From: Acidobacteriota bacterium
GTDB taxonomy: Bacteria; Acidobacteriota; UBA6911; RPQK01; JAJDTT01
Direction of reading: 5' to 3'
Assembly (NCBI GenBank): GCA_965217775.1
Contig: CBDCJH010000002.1
Coordinates: forward strand, 480,001 to 544,000
Length of the DNA: 64,000 nt
Part shown: piece after piece, positions 19,990 through 28,976 of the stretch
Layout of the letters: every line of letters starts with the position of its first letter
How positions within the stretch are numbered: position 1 is the first letter of the stretch
The notes under the pieces: model-generated
What the model was told of the DNA's origin: nothing
Database searches by the model: none
What the model saw: only the letters and a program-made list of their open reading frames with translations
Program-made: the position numbers and the translations under genes

Positions 19990-21351
19990 GTGAGCCCACG
20001 CTTGGACTTGGTCGAGTCTCTGGCCGAGAAGTATCAGGATCTGCCCCGCGAGGTGGTCTTCAAAGAGGACCTTCTGCGTACGGGAGTTGCATTCTCCCGA
20101 GACGCGCTGGCCATTGCCTCCGGGTACAAGCCCAAGGCGTACTTCATCTTCTCCTTCGATCTGGTGCCCATAACCGAGATGGAGCAGCAGGAGCACCTGC
20201 ATGCGCCCGAGGAGATCTGCCTGACCGGCGGGTCCGGCAACTTCCGGCGAACCATCGTATCGGTCCGGCTGAACCCCGGGTCTCCCTACTGCGTCGACTG
20301 CTCTCCGGATGGGAGGATGGTCCTGTTGCTGGAAGGGGTGGAGGTGTGCGGCGTGGAGTTTCCGTCGGTTCCCGAGTACTACAAGTCCACTCTGGCCAGC
20401 GGCAAGCCCATCACCGACATCGCTCCCAGCATTGAATGGGGTTATCTCCTCTATCTCACCGTCTTCCGGATCTGCCAATACTTCGGCCGCAAGGTCGAAT
20501 GCCAGTTCTGCGACATCAACGAGAACTATCGGCAACAGCGGAAATCGGGCCGCTCCTATACCGGAGTGAAGACGGTTGAGGAGATTCTGGAGGCGCTCGA
20601 GATCATTCAGGACACCGATTCGATCAGCAAGGCGTATACGGTAACCGGGGGCAGCATCACCTCCCGGCTGGACGGTCAGGAAGAGATCGACTTTTACCTC
20701 CGGTACCCGGAAGCCATCGAAGAGCGCTTTCCGGGACGGTGGTTGGGCAAGGTGGTGGTCCAGGCGCTGCCCCGGGAGTCGGTGCGCCGCTTCAAGGACG
20801 CCGGCGTCCGGATCTACCATCCCAACTACGAAGTCTGGGACGCCAGGCTCTTCGAGATCATCTGTCCGGGAAAGGCCCGGTACATCGGCCGGGACGAGTG
20901 GATTCGGCGGATCCTGGACGCGGCCCAGGTGTTCGGGCCGTCCTACGTGATCCCCAACTTCGTTGCCGGAATCGAGATGGCGCAGCCGGCCGGATTCACC
21001 AGCGTCGAGGAGGCGCTGGTTTCCACCGGTGAGGGTCTCGACTTCTTCATGAGCCGAGGCGTGGTCCCACGCTTTACGACCTGGTGTCCCGAACCTCTGA
21101 GCCTTCTGGGGAAGTCCAATCCCGGCGGGGCGCCCCTCGAATATCACCTGGGGCTGCTGAGAGTCTGGCGGGATACCCACGAACGCTACCGGCTCCCGGT
21201 CCCCCCAGGTTACGGGAAACCGGGCATCGGCAACGCCGTCTTCTCCGTCTCTTCCTTCATGGACGTCATTCGCGACGCCCCTGCGGTCCGATCCCTCGAT
21301 TCTCCGAATGGGAAGGGGAAACCAGTGCGAGCAGACTCCTCAGGAGCTTGA
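19990..21351 (+). CDS. Radical SAM protein with non-canonical CX8CX2C motif, function unknown
   Basis: CQYFGRKVECQFCD, TGG motif, NYEVWD...ICPGK, FVAGIE. Confidence 0.75.
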   Translation: MSPRLDLVESLAEKYQDLPREVVFKEDLLRTGVAFSRDALAIASGYKPKAYFIFSFDLVPITEMEQQEHLHAPEEICLTGGSGNFRRTIVSVRLNPGSPYCVDCSPDGRMVLLLEGVEVCGVEFPSVPEYYKSTLASGKPITDIAPSIEWGYLLYLTVFRICQYFGRKVECQFCDINENYRQQRKSGRSYTGVKTVEEILEALEIIQDTDSISKAYTVTGGSITSRLDGQEEIDFYLRYPEAIEERFPGRWLGKVVVQALPRESVRRFKDAGVRIYHPNYEVWDARLFEIICPGKARYIGRDEWIRRILDAAQVFGPSYVIPNFVAGIEMAQPAGFTSVEEALVSTGEGLDFFMSRGVVPRFTTWCPEPLSLLGKSNPGGAPLEYHLGLLRVWRDTHERYRLPVPPGYGKPGIGNAVFSVSSFMDVIRDAPAVRSLDSPNGKGKPVRADSSGA

Positions 21352-22012
21352 CGTCCTCCTTTTCCAACTGAGCACGTCCCAAGATTCGGTTCAAACGGGC
21401 CAGGATCCGCTGCCGGGACAGATGTGGGGGGAGGCCGGACGATGCGAGGACCGCCTCCAGGTGAGCGATCAGGGACTGGAGTTCGGCGGGTTCGGCAAGG
21501 TGGAGAAATTGCATGTCCGCCGGCTCCCGAGACGCCAAGTGGAGGTCGTAGGCCACGACACCCACCGCCTGAGCCAGATTCAGGACCGGATACTCCCCTG
21601 CCGTGGGGATTTCCACCAGCCATTCACAGAGCCGAAGCTCCTCCTTCGACAGACCGTTGTCTTCGGGTCCGAAAACGATGCCCAGCGGTCCGGACCGGAA
21701 TCGGGGGATCAGTTCACTCGCCAGGGTGCGGCTGCTGATGCGGCGTTTTCCCGATTTCGGCGATCTCGCCGTGGTCCCCACCAGAAGCCGAATCTGTCGT
21801 CTGGCCTCGCGCAGGGAGGGGTAGTAGACGGCGTCGTCCACCAAAGGGGCGCCCTTCATGGCCAGCATGCGGGCCTCGGCCCCGACTTCGCACCGGGGCC
21901 GGATCAAGACCAGGCGGCCGAAACCCATGTTTTTCAGGACTCGGGCCGCTGCTCCCAGATTGGAGGCGAACTGGGTCCGGACCAGGATGAAATGGAGATG
22001 GTCCTTGGGCAT
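21266..22012 (-). CDS. SPOUT RNA methyltransferase, TrmJ/LasT (TrmH group 1) family
   Basis: NLGAAARVLKNMG, VGTTAR, VFGPEDNGLS, LNLAQAV. Its 3' end overlaps the radical SAM gene by 86 bp. Confidence 0.9.
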   Translation of the reverse strand: MPKDHLHFILVRTQFASNLGAAARVLKNMGFGRLVLIRPRCEVGAEARMLAMKGAPLVDDAVYYPSLREARRQIRLLVGTTARSPKSGKRRISSRTLASELIPRFRSGPLGIVFGPEDNGLSKEELRLCEWLVEIPTAGEYPVLNLAQAVGVVAYDLHLASREPADMQFLHLAEPAELQSLIAHLEAVLASSGLPPHLSRQRILARLNRILGRAQLEKEDVKLLRSLLALVSPSHSENRGIGPQGRRE

Positions 22013-22217
22013 CTTGGCCCGAAAGTCTACAACAAAGAAGAATGCGCATTCCGAGGGTTGAATCGCATTGACATGGGTGGGGTATTGGATGATGATATGC
22101 GCCCTGAAACTGTCGAGTGTTTCAGACCATTCGTGACCATGCTTTGTCTTGGTAGTTTGTTAGAATGATTGCGCGTTTGGCGGGGAGAGGCTGCCCCCGG
22201 TTTCGGTGGAGATAACA

Positions 22218-24059
22218 TTGGCCATCGCACAGACCCAAACCTTCGTCCCCCAGCAGGACGGCGTCCGGACCAGCGTGGTGAACGACCTCAGCATTCAGGT
22301 CGCCACGGTAAACGGTTCCGGAAGCCAGAGCTCCAACAACGTGCTGATGCGGTCCATCTTCCAGATGGGCATTCCCACCAGCGGCAAGAACCTTTTCCCC
22401 TCCAACATCGCGGGGCTGCCCACGTGGTTCACTATCCGCGCATCCCAACGGGGCTACGTCGGTTGCAAGCGGGAAGTGGACATCCTGATCGCGATGAACC
22501 CGCAGACATCCCGTGAGGACGTGGAAACCCTGGACCCGGGTCGAGTGGTGCTCTACGAAGAGCGGCTCAAGCTGTCGGGCCTCCGGGATGACTTGATCTA
22601 CTATCCCATTCCGTTCAGCAAGTTGGCGGCGGAGGTGGTTCGGATTCCCAGGCTGCGCAAGTTGGTCGCGAACATGGCCTACGTGGGCGCCGTGGCCGAG
22701 TTCCTGGGCATCGAGATGGAACAGGTGGAGGTGGCGATTGCCAAGTGGTTCAAGAAGAAGCGGAAAGCCATCGATCTGAACATTCGGATCGCCCACATGG
22801 GGGCTCAGTACGTCAAGGATCACCATCCGAAGCGCGATCCGTACCGGCTGGAAAGGATGGACAAGACCCAAGGCAAGATCATCATCGACGGGAACTCGGC
22901 CTGCGCCCTTGGCGCCATGTTCGGTGGAGTGACCGTAGTGACGTGGTATCCCATCACACCGGCCAGCAGTCTTGGGGAAGCTCTCACCCATTATCTGCAG
23001 CAGTATCGAACCGACCCCGAGACGGGGAAAGCGACATATGCAGTGGTCCAGGCCGAGGATGAGTTGGCGGCCCTGGGTATGGCGATCGGGGCAGGATGGT
23101 CCGGCGCCAGATCCATGACCTCGACCTCGGGTCCGGGTATTTCATTGATGGGCGAATTTACGGGACTGGCCTATTTTGCCGAGATCCCGTGTGTCATTTT
23201 CGACGTTCAGAGGGTCGGGCCCAGCACCGGCCTGCCGACACGCACCGCGCAGGGCGACATACTGGCGCTGCACAGCCTTTCGCACGGGGATACGGCTCAT
23301 CCGGTCCTGCTGCCCGGGGACATGGAGGAGTGTTTCGAGATGTCCCGGCAGGCTTTCGATTTGGCCGAGCGGCTGCAGCAGCCGGTGTTCGTCGGATCGG
23401 ATCTGGATTTGGGCATGAACAACTGGATGTGCGATCCTTTCGAATATCCCACCGAGCCACCGGACCGGGGCAAGGTCCTCACGGCAGCCGACTTGGAGCG
23501 GGTTGGGGAATTCGCCCGTTACCGCGACTTGGACGGGGACGGGATTCCCTATCGCACGTTACCGGGTACGGAGCATCCCCTGGCCTCCTATTTCACCCGA
23601 GGCAGCGGACACAACGACGCCGCCGGTTACAGTGAGCGGCCCGAGGACTACGTCCAGCTCATGGACCGCCTGAAGCGAAAATACGAAACGGCGAGGGACC
23701 TGGTGCCGCAGCCTGTGATCGAGTTGCGAGACGAGGCTGTGATCGGGATCATCGCCTACGGGTCGTCGGACTCGGCCATGGGGGAATGCCGGGACCAACT
23801 CCGGGAAGAGTACGGGATCGAGATCAACTATCTCCGGCTTCGAGCCTTGCCGTTGAGCGCGGCTCTGAAGGACTTCGTCGCCGCTTGCCGCCGGGTCTAC
23901 GTCGTCGAGCAGAATCGGGACGGCCAGATGGCCGATCTGATCCGGCTGGAGCTCGGCGCGGAGGGGACCAAGATTCGAAAAATCTGTCACTATACCGGAC
24001 TTCCGCTGGATGCACGCTTCGTCACCGACCAGGTGATAGCCTTGGAGCGTCCATACTGA
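22218..24059 (+). CDS. 2-oxoacid:ferredoxin oxidoreductase alpha subunit (gamma-alpha fusion)
   Basis: NGSGSQS, YPITPAS, QAEDELAA, TSGPG, RVGPSTGLPT, VEQN..GQ. TTG start after GGAGA is inferred; GTG at 22206 is possible. Confidence 0.92.
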   Translation: MAIAQTQTFVPQQDGVRTSVVNDLSIQVATVNGSGSQSSNNVLMRSIFQMGIPTSGKNLFPSNIAGLPTWFTIRASQRGYVGCKREVDILIAMNPQTSREDVETLDPGRVVLYEERLKLSGLRDDLIYYPIPFSKLAAEVVRIPRLRKLVANMAYVGAVAEFLGIEMEQVEVAIAKWFKKKRKAIDLNIRIAHMGAQYVKDHHPKRDPYRLERMDKTQGKIIIDGNSACALGAMFGGVTVVTWYPITPASSLGEALTHYLQQYRTDPETGKATYAVVQAEDELAALGMAIGAGWSGARSMTSTSGPGISLMGEFTGLAYFAEIPCVIFDVQRVGPSTGLPTRTAQGDILALHSLSHGDTAHPVLLPGDMEECFEMSRQAFDLAERLQQPVFVGSDLDLGMNNWMCDPFEYPTEPPDRGKVLTAADLERVGEFARYRDLDGDGIPYRTLPGTEHPLASYFTRGSGHNDAAGYSERPEDYVQLMDRLKRKYETARDLVPQPVIELRDEAVIGIIAYGSSDSAMGECRDQLREEYGIEINYLRLRALPLSAALKDFVAACRRVYVVEQNRDGQMADLIRLELGAEGTKIRKICHYTGLPLDARFVTDQVIALERPY

Positions 24060-24075
24060 ATTCACGATTCACGCC

Positions 24076-25140
24076 ATGGCTGTACGTACAAGAAGGGTGC
24101 CAAAGAAAAGAAGGGCGCCAAAGAAAACAAATCGAATCGGGTTAGCTCGTTCCGCCTATCGAGGTCACCCATCGACGCTGTGTTCCGGGTGTGGCCACGA
24201 CGCCATCACCAATCAGATCATCCGGGCGTTTTACGAGCTCGGCGTCAACCCCTACGCCGTGGCCAAGATGAGCGGTATCGGCTGCTCCAGCAAGACGCCG
24301 GCCTATTTCATGAACGCGTCGCATGGCTTCAACAGCGTCCACGGACGCATGCCTTCGGTGGCCACGGGAACCATGTTGGCGAATCGTGGTCTGGTCTGCA
24401 TCGGGGTGAGCGGAGACGGGGACACGGCCTCGATCGGGCTGGGCCAGTTCTGTCATCTGCTGCGGCGCAATGTGCCCATGATCTACGTCATCGAGAACAA
24501 CGGCGTCTACGGTCTCACCAAGGGCCAGTTTTCGGCGACCGCCGACGACGGCTCGACGCTCAAGACCGGTGTGGTCAACGAGTTGCCGGCCATGGACTGC
24601 TGTTCGCTGGCGATCGAGATGGGATGCTCCTACGTGGCCCGTTCCTTTGCCGGAGACCCCAAGCAGCTGGTGGCGCTGTTGAAGGGGGCGCTCAGCCACA
24701 GCGGAACCGCCATGCTCGACGTGATCAGCCCCTGTGTGACCTTCAACAACCATCCCGGGTCGACCAAGAGTTACTCGTGGGCCAAAGAACACGAGGAGTT
24801 GCTGCACCAGATCGACTTCATCCCCGGCTTCGAGCCCATCGCCGCGGTGGATTATCCGGAAGGCGAAGCCTTGGACGTGGAGATGCATGACGGGTCCGTC
24901 ATCCGGCTGCGCAAGGTGGACATGGACTACGACCCCATGAATCGCCGGGAGGCCGTAAGGGTGCTCCACAGCTCCGCCGCTGCGTCGGAGCTGCTGACCG
25001 GTCTGATCTATGTCAATCCGGTGGCCAAGTCGTTCCTGGATACCCTGAACCTGTGTGACGAACCTCTGGTGTCGCTGCCCCACGAGAAGGTCAAGCCGGG
25101 TCCGGAGGTCCTGGAACAGGTCATGCAGGACCTGATGTAG
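24076..25140 (+). CDS. 2-oxoacid:ferredoxin oxidoreductase beta subunit
   Basis: LCSGCGH, SGIGCSS, HGR, GDGD TPP-binding motif, NNGVYGLTKGQ, SPCVTFN. Confidence 0.93.
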   Translation: MAVRTRRVPKKRRAPKKTNRIGLARSAYRGHPSTLCSGCGHDAITNQIIRAFYELGVNPYAVAKMSGIGCSSKTPAYFMNASHGFNSVHGRMPSVATGTMLANRGLVCIGVSGDGDTASIGLGQFCHLLRRNVPMIYVIENNGVYGLTKGQFSATADDGSTLKTGVVNELPAMDCCSLAIEMGCSYVARSFAGDPKQLVALLKGALSHSGTAMLDVISPCVTFNNHPGSTKSYSWAKEHEELLHQIDFIPGFEPIAAVDYPEGEALDVEMHDGSVIRLRKVDMDYDPMNRREAVRVLHSSAAASELLTGLIYVNPVAKSFLDTLNLCDEPLVSLPHEKVKPGPEVLEQVMQDLM

Positions 25141-25275
25141 TCTTTCGTTCTGGTGATCGGGCCGCCGCGCGGTTCCTGACTCTCGGGTTCCGCCCCGATC
25201 TATCCCCCCAATCGTCGGTCCAGACCCGGCGAGTTCCCTCCGACAAAAGGTCAGAGTCGAGCGAGGTCCCGTCGA

Positions 25276-25320
25276 TATTCCACAGCTCGGGAGGCACCTC
25301 TGTGGAAAACTTGTGGAAAA
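25276..25320. promoter_or_regulatory. Cluster of DnaA-box-like 9-mers
   Basis: TGTGGAAAA at 25301-25309 and 25312-25320 (TTTTCCACA on the minus strand, fits TTWTNCACA), plus TATTCCACA at 25276-25284 (one mismatch). Confidence 0.45.
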
Positions 25321-25425
25321 CTATTTTGGATACCCAAGAGGAGCTGTCGGGTATCGGTTCGGGACGGCGAGCGCCGCATCATGAAGCCACTCGCATTTCG
25401 GGGGGGGGGGGGCTCTTTGTAATAT

Positions 25426-25445
25426 TGTGTTAACATGTTAATACA
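25426..25445. promoter_or_regulatory. Palindromic operator candidate for the TrpR-like regulator
   Basis: TGTGTTAACATGTTAATACA is a near-perfect 20-bp palindrome whose last base is the A of the regulator's ATG. Confidence 0.65.
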
Positions 25446-25759
25446 TGGAACGGGTATTGGAAGAGAACGAGGCTCTCTGGGAGCTTTTCGATGCCATGTC
25501 CCGGTTGCAGGGCAGGGAAGAGTACGCCCTCTTCTTTCGGGATCTCTGTACCATGGGGGAGCTCAAGGCCATGGCCGAACGCTGGCAAGTGGCCCAGTTG
25601 GTGGCGCGGGAGATCCCCTATCGAGAGATCCATCGGATCACGGGAGTCAGCACGGCGACCATCACCCGGGTCGCCCACTGGCTTCGATACGGCGAAGGCG
25701 GATATCGGCTCATGATCCGGCGGTTGGCTGCCGTCGAGTCGCCGCCGGCGGCGTCCTGA
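25445..25759 (+). CDS. YerC/YecD family TrpR-like repressor (probable his operon regulator)
   Basis: FFRDLCT..EL.AMAERWQVA, PYREI...TGVSTATITRVA, GEGGY; first gene of the his operon. Confidence 0.9.
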   Translation: MERVLEENEALWELFDAMSRLQGREEYALFFRDLCTMGELKAMAERWQVAQLVAREIPYREIHRITGVSTATITRVAHWLRYGEGGYRLMIRRLAAVESPPAAS

Positions 25760-25789
25760 CTCCGCGGAGCCCTGGCGCGATCTGGAACG

Positions 25790-27127
25790 ATGGCTGAGCG
25801 TAGGTGCGCAGAGATGGAGGTTTACGACTACTCACGACTGTCCGAGGCCCAGCTCTCGGACCTGTGTCGCCGCAATCCGGTGGGTGATCCGGAGCTATTG
25901 AAGGTCTGTAGCCGGATATTCTCGACGGTCGAGGAGAAAGGCGACGACGCAGTCCGGGAGTACACCCGCCGGTTCGACGGAGCGGAGATCGGGGAGTCCC
26001 GCATCTCGAGGACCGAATTCGAATCGGCCCTGGGGGAAGTGTCTCCGGCTCGACTGGAGGCCCTGGAACGGGCGGCGTCCAACATTCGGAAATTTCACGC
26101 CGTCCAGGGTCTGAGGGAAGGCTTTCTGGAAGTGGAGCCCGGAATCGTCTGCTGGCGGGAGCAACGGCCCATCGAATCGGTGGGCCTCTATGTGCCGGGT
26201 GGAACGGCCGTCCTCCCTTCCACCGTCCTGATGCTGGGAGTCCCTGCGGTGTTGGCCGGTTGTCCGCGAGTGGCCCTCTGCACGCCGCCACGGCGCGACG
26301 GGTCGGTGACTCCCGAGGTTCTGGCGGCCGCGTCCATCGCCGGGATCCGTGAGGTGTTCCGGATCGGGGGCGCCCAGGCCATCGCGGCCCTCTGCGTCGG
26401 CACCTCTTCGGTGCCCCGGGTGGACAAGATCCTGGGACCCGGCAGCCCCGTGGTTCAGACGGCCAAGCTGTTGGCCCAGCAGCGGGGAACGGCCATCGAC
26501 ATGGTGGCCGGTCCCAGTGAAGTCCTGGTGGTGGCGGACGATACGGCTCGACCCGACTTCGTGGCTGCAGACCTCATCTCCCAGGCCGAGCATGGAGCGG
26601 ACAGCGTGGCCATTCTGGTCTCGCCTTCGCGTGAGCTGATCGATCGAGTCGACCGGGAGTTGGAACTCCGGCTGCAGGACCTCCCGCGGCGTCCTCTGGC
26701 GGTGGAAGCCCTGGGATCCGGTTTCTCTCTCCGGACCTCGTCCCTGGATGAGGCGTTGGAGTTCACCAATCGGTACGCGCCGGAGCACCTCATCCTTCAG
26801 CTTCGGGAACCGAAGCGATGGGCAGCCCGGGTACAATCCGCCGGTTCCGTCTTCCTGGGCCCCTGGTCACCCGAGGTCGCGGGGGATTACGCCTCGGGGA
26901 CCAACCACACGCTGCCCACGTCGGGTCTGGCCCGGAGTTTTTCGGGAGTTTCCCTGGACAGTTTCGTGAAGAAGATCACGTTCCAGGAGTTGAGCCGGGA
27001 AGGACTTCGGTCCCTGGCTCCCACCTTGGAGGTGATGGCCGAGTTGGAACAGTTGGAGGGACATCGGCGAGCGGTCGAGGTACGGATTCGTCGTGAGGAC
27101 GCCGGACCGGTTCCGGCGGGAGACTGA
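25790..27127 (+). CDS. hisD: Histidinol dehydrogenase
   Basis: GLYVPGGTA, GGAQAIAA, IDMVAGPSE, SQAEH, APEHL, GDYASGTNHTLPT. Confidence 0.97.
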   Translation: MAERRCAEMEVYDYSRLSEAQLSDLCRRNPVGDPELLKVCSRIFSTVEEKGDDAVREYTRRFDGAEIGESRISRTEFESALGEVSPARLEALERAASNIRKFHAVQGLREGFLEVEPGIVCWREQRPIESVGLYVPGGTAVLPSTVLMLGVPAVLAGCPRVALCTPPRRDGSVTPEVLAAASIAGIREVFRIGGAQAIAALCVGTSSVPRVDKILGPGSPVVQTAKLLAQQRGTAIDMVAGPSEVLVVADDTARPDFVAADLISQAEHGADSVAILVSPSRELIDRVDRELELRLQDLPRRPLAVEALGSGFSLRTSSLDEALEFTNRYAPEHLILQLREPKRWAARVQSAGSVFLGPWSPEVAGDYASGTNHTLPTSGLARSFSGVSLDSFVKKITFQELSREGLRSLAPTLEVMAELEQLEGHRRAVEVRIRREDAGPVPAGD

Positions 27128-27128
27128 A

Positions 27129-28172
27129 ATGAAGGTACGCGAACTGGTGAGACGGAATATCCTGGAGCTCAAGGCCTACCGGTCGGCCCGCGACGAGGTG
27201 CAGGAGGGTGTTCTGCTGGACGCCAACGAGAGTCCTTTCCCAGTCGACTGGCGGGGGATCCAGTTGAACCGCTATCCGGATCCCAATCAGGCCGGGCTGA
27301 GGGAAGCGCTGGCGGCATACGTCGGCCGCCGGCCCGAGCAAGTGGTTGCAGGTAACGGATCAGACGAGGTGCTGGACTGGATCTTCAAGATTTTCTGCCA
27401 ACCCGGCCGGGATCAGGTGGCCGTCGTCGAGCCCACCTACGGGATGTACCGGGTCATGGCGCAGACTTTCGGAGTCACCCTTTTCGAGTCCCGCCTGGAC
27501 CGGAACCAAGGTCTCGACGCAGACGCTTTCCTGGAGGCTGTGCCCGCTTCGGTTAAGGTCGCGTTTCTCTGTTCTCCCAACAATCCGACGGGTGACGTGC
27601 TGGCAACGGAGCAGATCTTGAAGCTGTGCCGGGAATGGAAGGGCATCGTGGTGCTGGACGAAGCTTACGTGGAGTTTTCCGAGACCCCGTCTCTGGTCTC
27701 CCAGGTGGAGGCGTTTCCCAACCTGGTGGTGATGAGGACCCTGTCGAAGGCTTTTGGCCGGGCGGGCCTGAGGCTGGGATACGCAGTGGCGAGTCCCCTG
27801 GTGACGTCTTTTTTCCTGAAGGTCAAGGCGCCCTACAATCTCAGCTCGCTGGTGATGCAGAAGGGCCTGGAGGCCCTGGAGGGTTGGGAACGCCACCGCC
27901 CAACGTGGCTCCGGATCCGAGGGGAGCGGGAGCGGTTGTCTCGAGAACTCGCTTCGTTGCCGGGCCTGGGACGAGTCTTTCCGTCTCAGAGCAATTTTGT
28001 CCTTTTCGACTGCCCCCGGGCCGGCACCGTCTGCAGGAAACTGCGGGAGAGGGGTATCGTGGTCCGGGACCGTAGCGATCTGCCCGGGTTGTCCGAGTGC
28101 ATCCGAGTCAGCGTCGGCACTCCGGAGGAGAACGATCTGTTTCTGAGAGAGTTGCGTCGAGTTCTCACCTGA
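27129..28172 (+). CDS. hisC: Histidinol-phosphate aminotransferase
   Basis: LDANE, NRYPDP, GNGSDE, SPNNPTG, DEAYVEF, RTLSKAFG.AGLRLG. Confidence 0.96.
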   Translation: MKVRELVRRNILELKAYRSARDEVQEGVLLDANESPFPVDWRGIQLNRYPDPNQAGLREALAAYVGRRPEQVVAGNGSDEVLDWIFKIFCQPGRDQVAVVEPTYGMYRVMAQTFGVTLFESRLDRNQGLDADAFLEAVPASVKVAFLCSPNNPTGDVLATEQILKLCREWKGIVVLDEAYVEFSETPSLVSQVEAFPNLVVMRTLSKAFGRAGLRLGYAVASPLVTSFFLKVKAPYNLSSLVMQKGLEALEGWERHRPTWLRIRGERERLSRELASLPGLGRVFPSQSNFVLFDCPRAGTVCRKLRERGIVVRDRSDLPGLSECIRVSVGTPEENDLFLRELRRVLT

Positions 28173-28213
28173 GTGTCCAGTCGTTCTCAGGGATCAACAG
28201 CGGGGAAGAAACG

Positions 28214-28807
28214 GTGAAGAGAACAGCATTGGTCGATCGAAAAACCAAAGAAACCCAGGTTCGGATCGAGCTGAATCTGGACGGCCGGGGCCGCTACTCG
28301 GCCCAGTTGCAGACCGGCTTCTTCAGCCACATGCTGGAACTATTGGCCTTGCACTCTGCAATGGATCTTCGGGTCCAGGGCGACGGGGACCTGCAGGTCG
28401 ACGACCATCACCTGATCGAGGACGTGGGGATCGTCCTGGGACAGGCGTTGAAGCAGGCCCTGGGGGAGAAGCGGGGGATCCGCCGCTATGGATGGACGCT
28501 ACTGCCCATGGACGAGGTTCTGGTGGCGGTGGCGCTGGATCTGGGAGGGCGTTTCGCCTTCCATTCCGACTACCGTCCCGTAAGAGAGAAGGTGGGAGAC
28601 CTGGCCACCGAAATGGCGCCGCATTTCTTCCGGTCTCTCGCCGTCGAGGTGGGCGCCAATCTCCACTTTCAATTCCTCAATCCGGGAGAGAACGAGCACC
28701 ATCGAATCGAGGCCATGTTCAAGGGTTTCGGCCGCGCGCTACGCACTGCCGTCAGTCTCGATCCGGAAGCCGCAGGGAAGATTCCCTCGACCAAGGGAAG
28801 CCTGTGA
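28214..28807 (+). CDS. hisB: Imidazoleglycerol-phosphate dehydratase (monofunctional)
   Basis: RKTKETQV, FFSHML, DDHHLIED, PMDE, NEHHRIEAMFK, IPSTKG. Confidence 0.96.
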   Translation: MKRTALVDRKTKETQVRIELNLDGRGRYSAQLQTGFFSHMLELLALHSAMDLRVQGDGDLQVDDHHLIEDVGIVLGQALKQALGEKRGIRRYGWTLLPMDEVLVAVALDLGGRFAFHSDYRPVREKVGDLATEMAPHFFRSLAVEVGANLHFQFLNPGENEHHRIEAMFKGFGRALRTAVSLDPEAAGKIPSTKGSL

Positions 28808-28815
28808 GGGTCATA

Positions 28816-28975
28816 TCAGCTCGTGGCAAAAGTCGTCACGGCATTCGACCGGGTCTGCATCCCGGCGGACTGCGTTGCTCCTCGGTCACATACTCCCGGT
28901 ATGCTCCCTCTGAGCGCCTTGTCCGGCGGGCGCAGCCCCGGTCTCGGTGCTCGCGAGACTTTCACCAAGGACTGA
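28816..28975. mobile_element. MITE family A copy between hisB and hisH
   Basis: cagctcgtggcaaaagtc...gactttcaccaaggactg; reverse complement of the 3864 and 4028 copies. Confidence 0.82.
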
Positions 28976-28976
28976 A

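Noticed and set aside
21328-21348. GCAGACTCCTCAGGAGC resembling joined MITE-B ends
   Set aside because: It encodes KLLRSLL in the expected C-terminal helix of the TrmJ-like protein and lacks the CTAG junction; probably coincidence.
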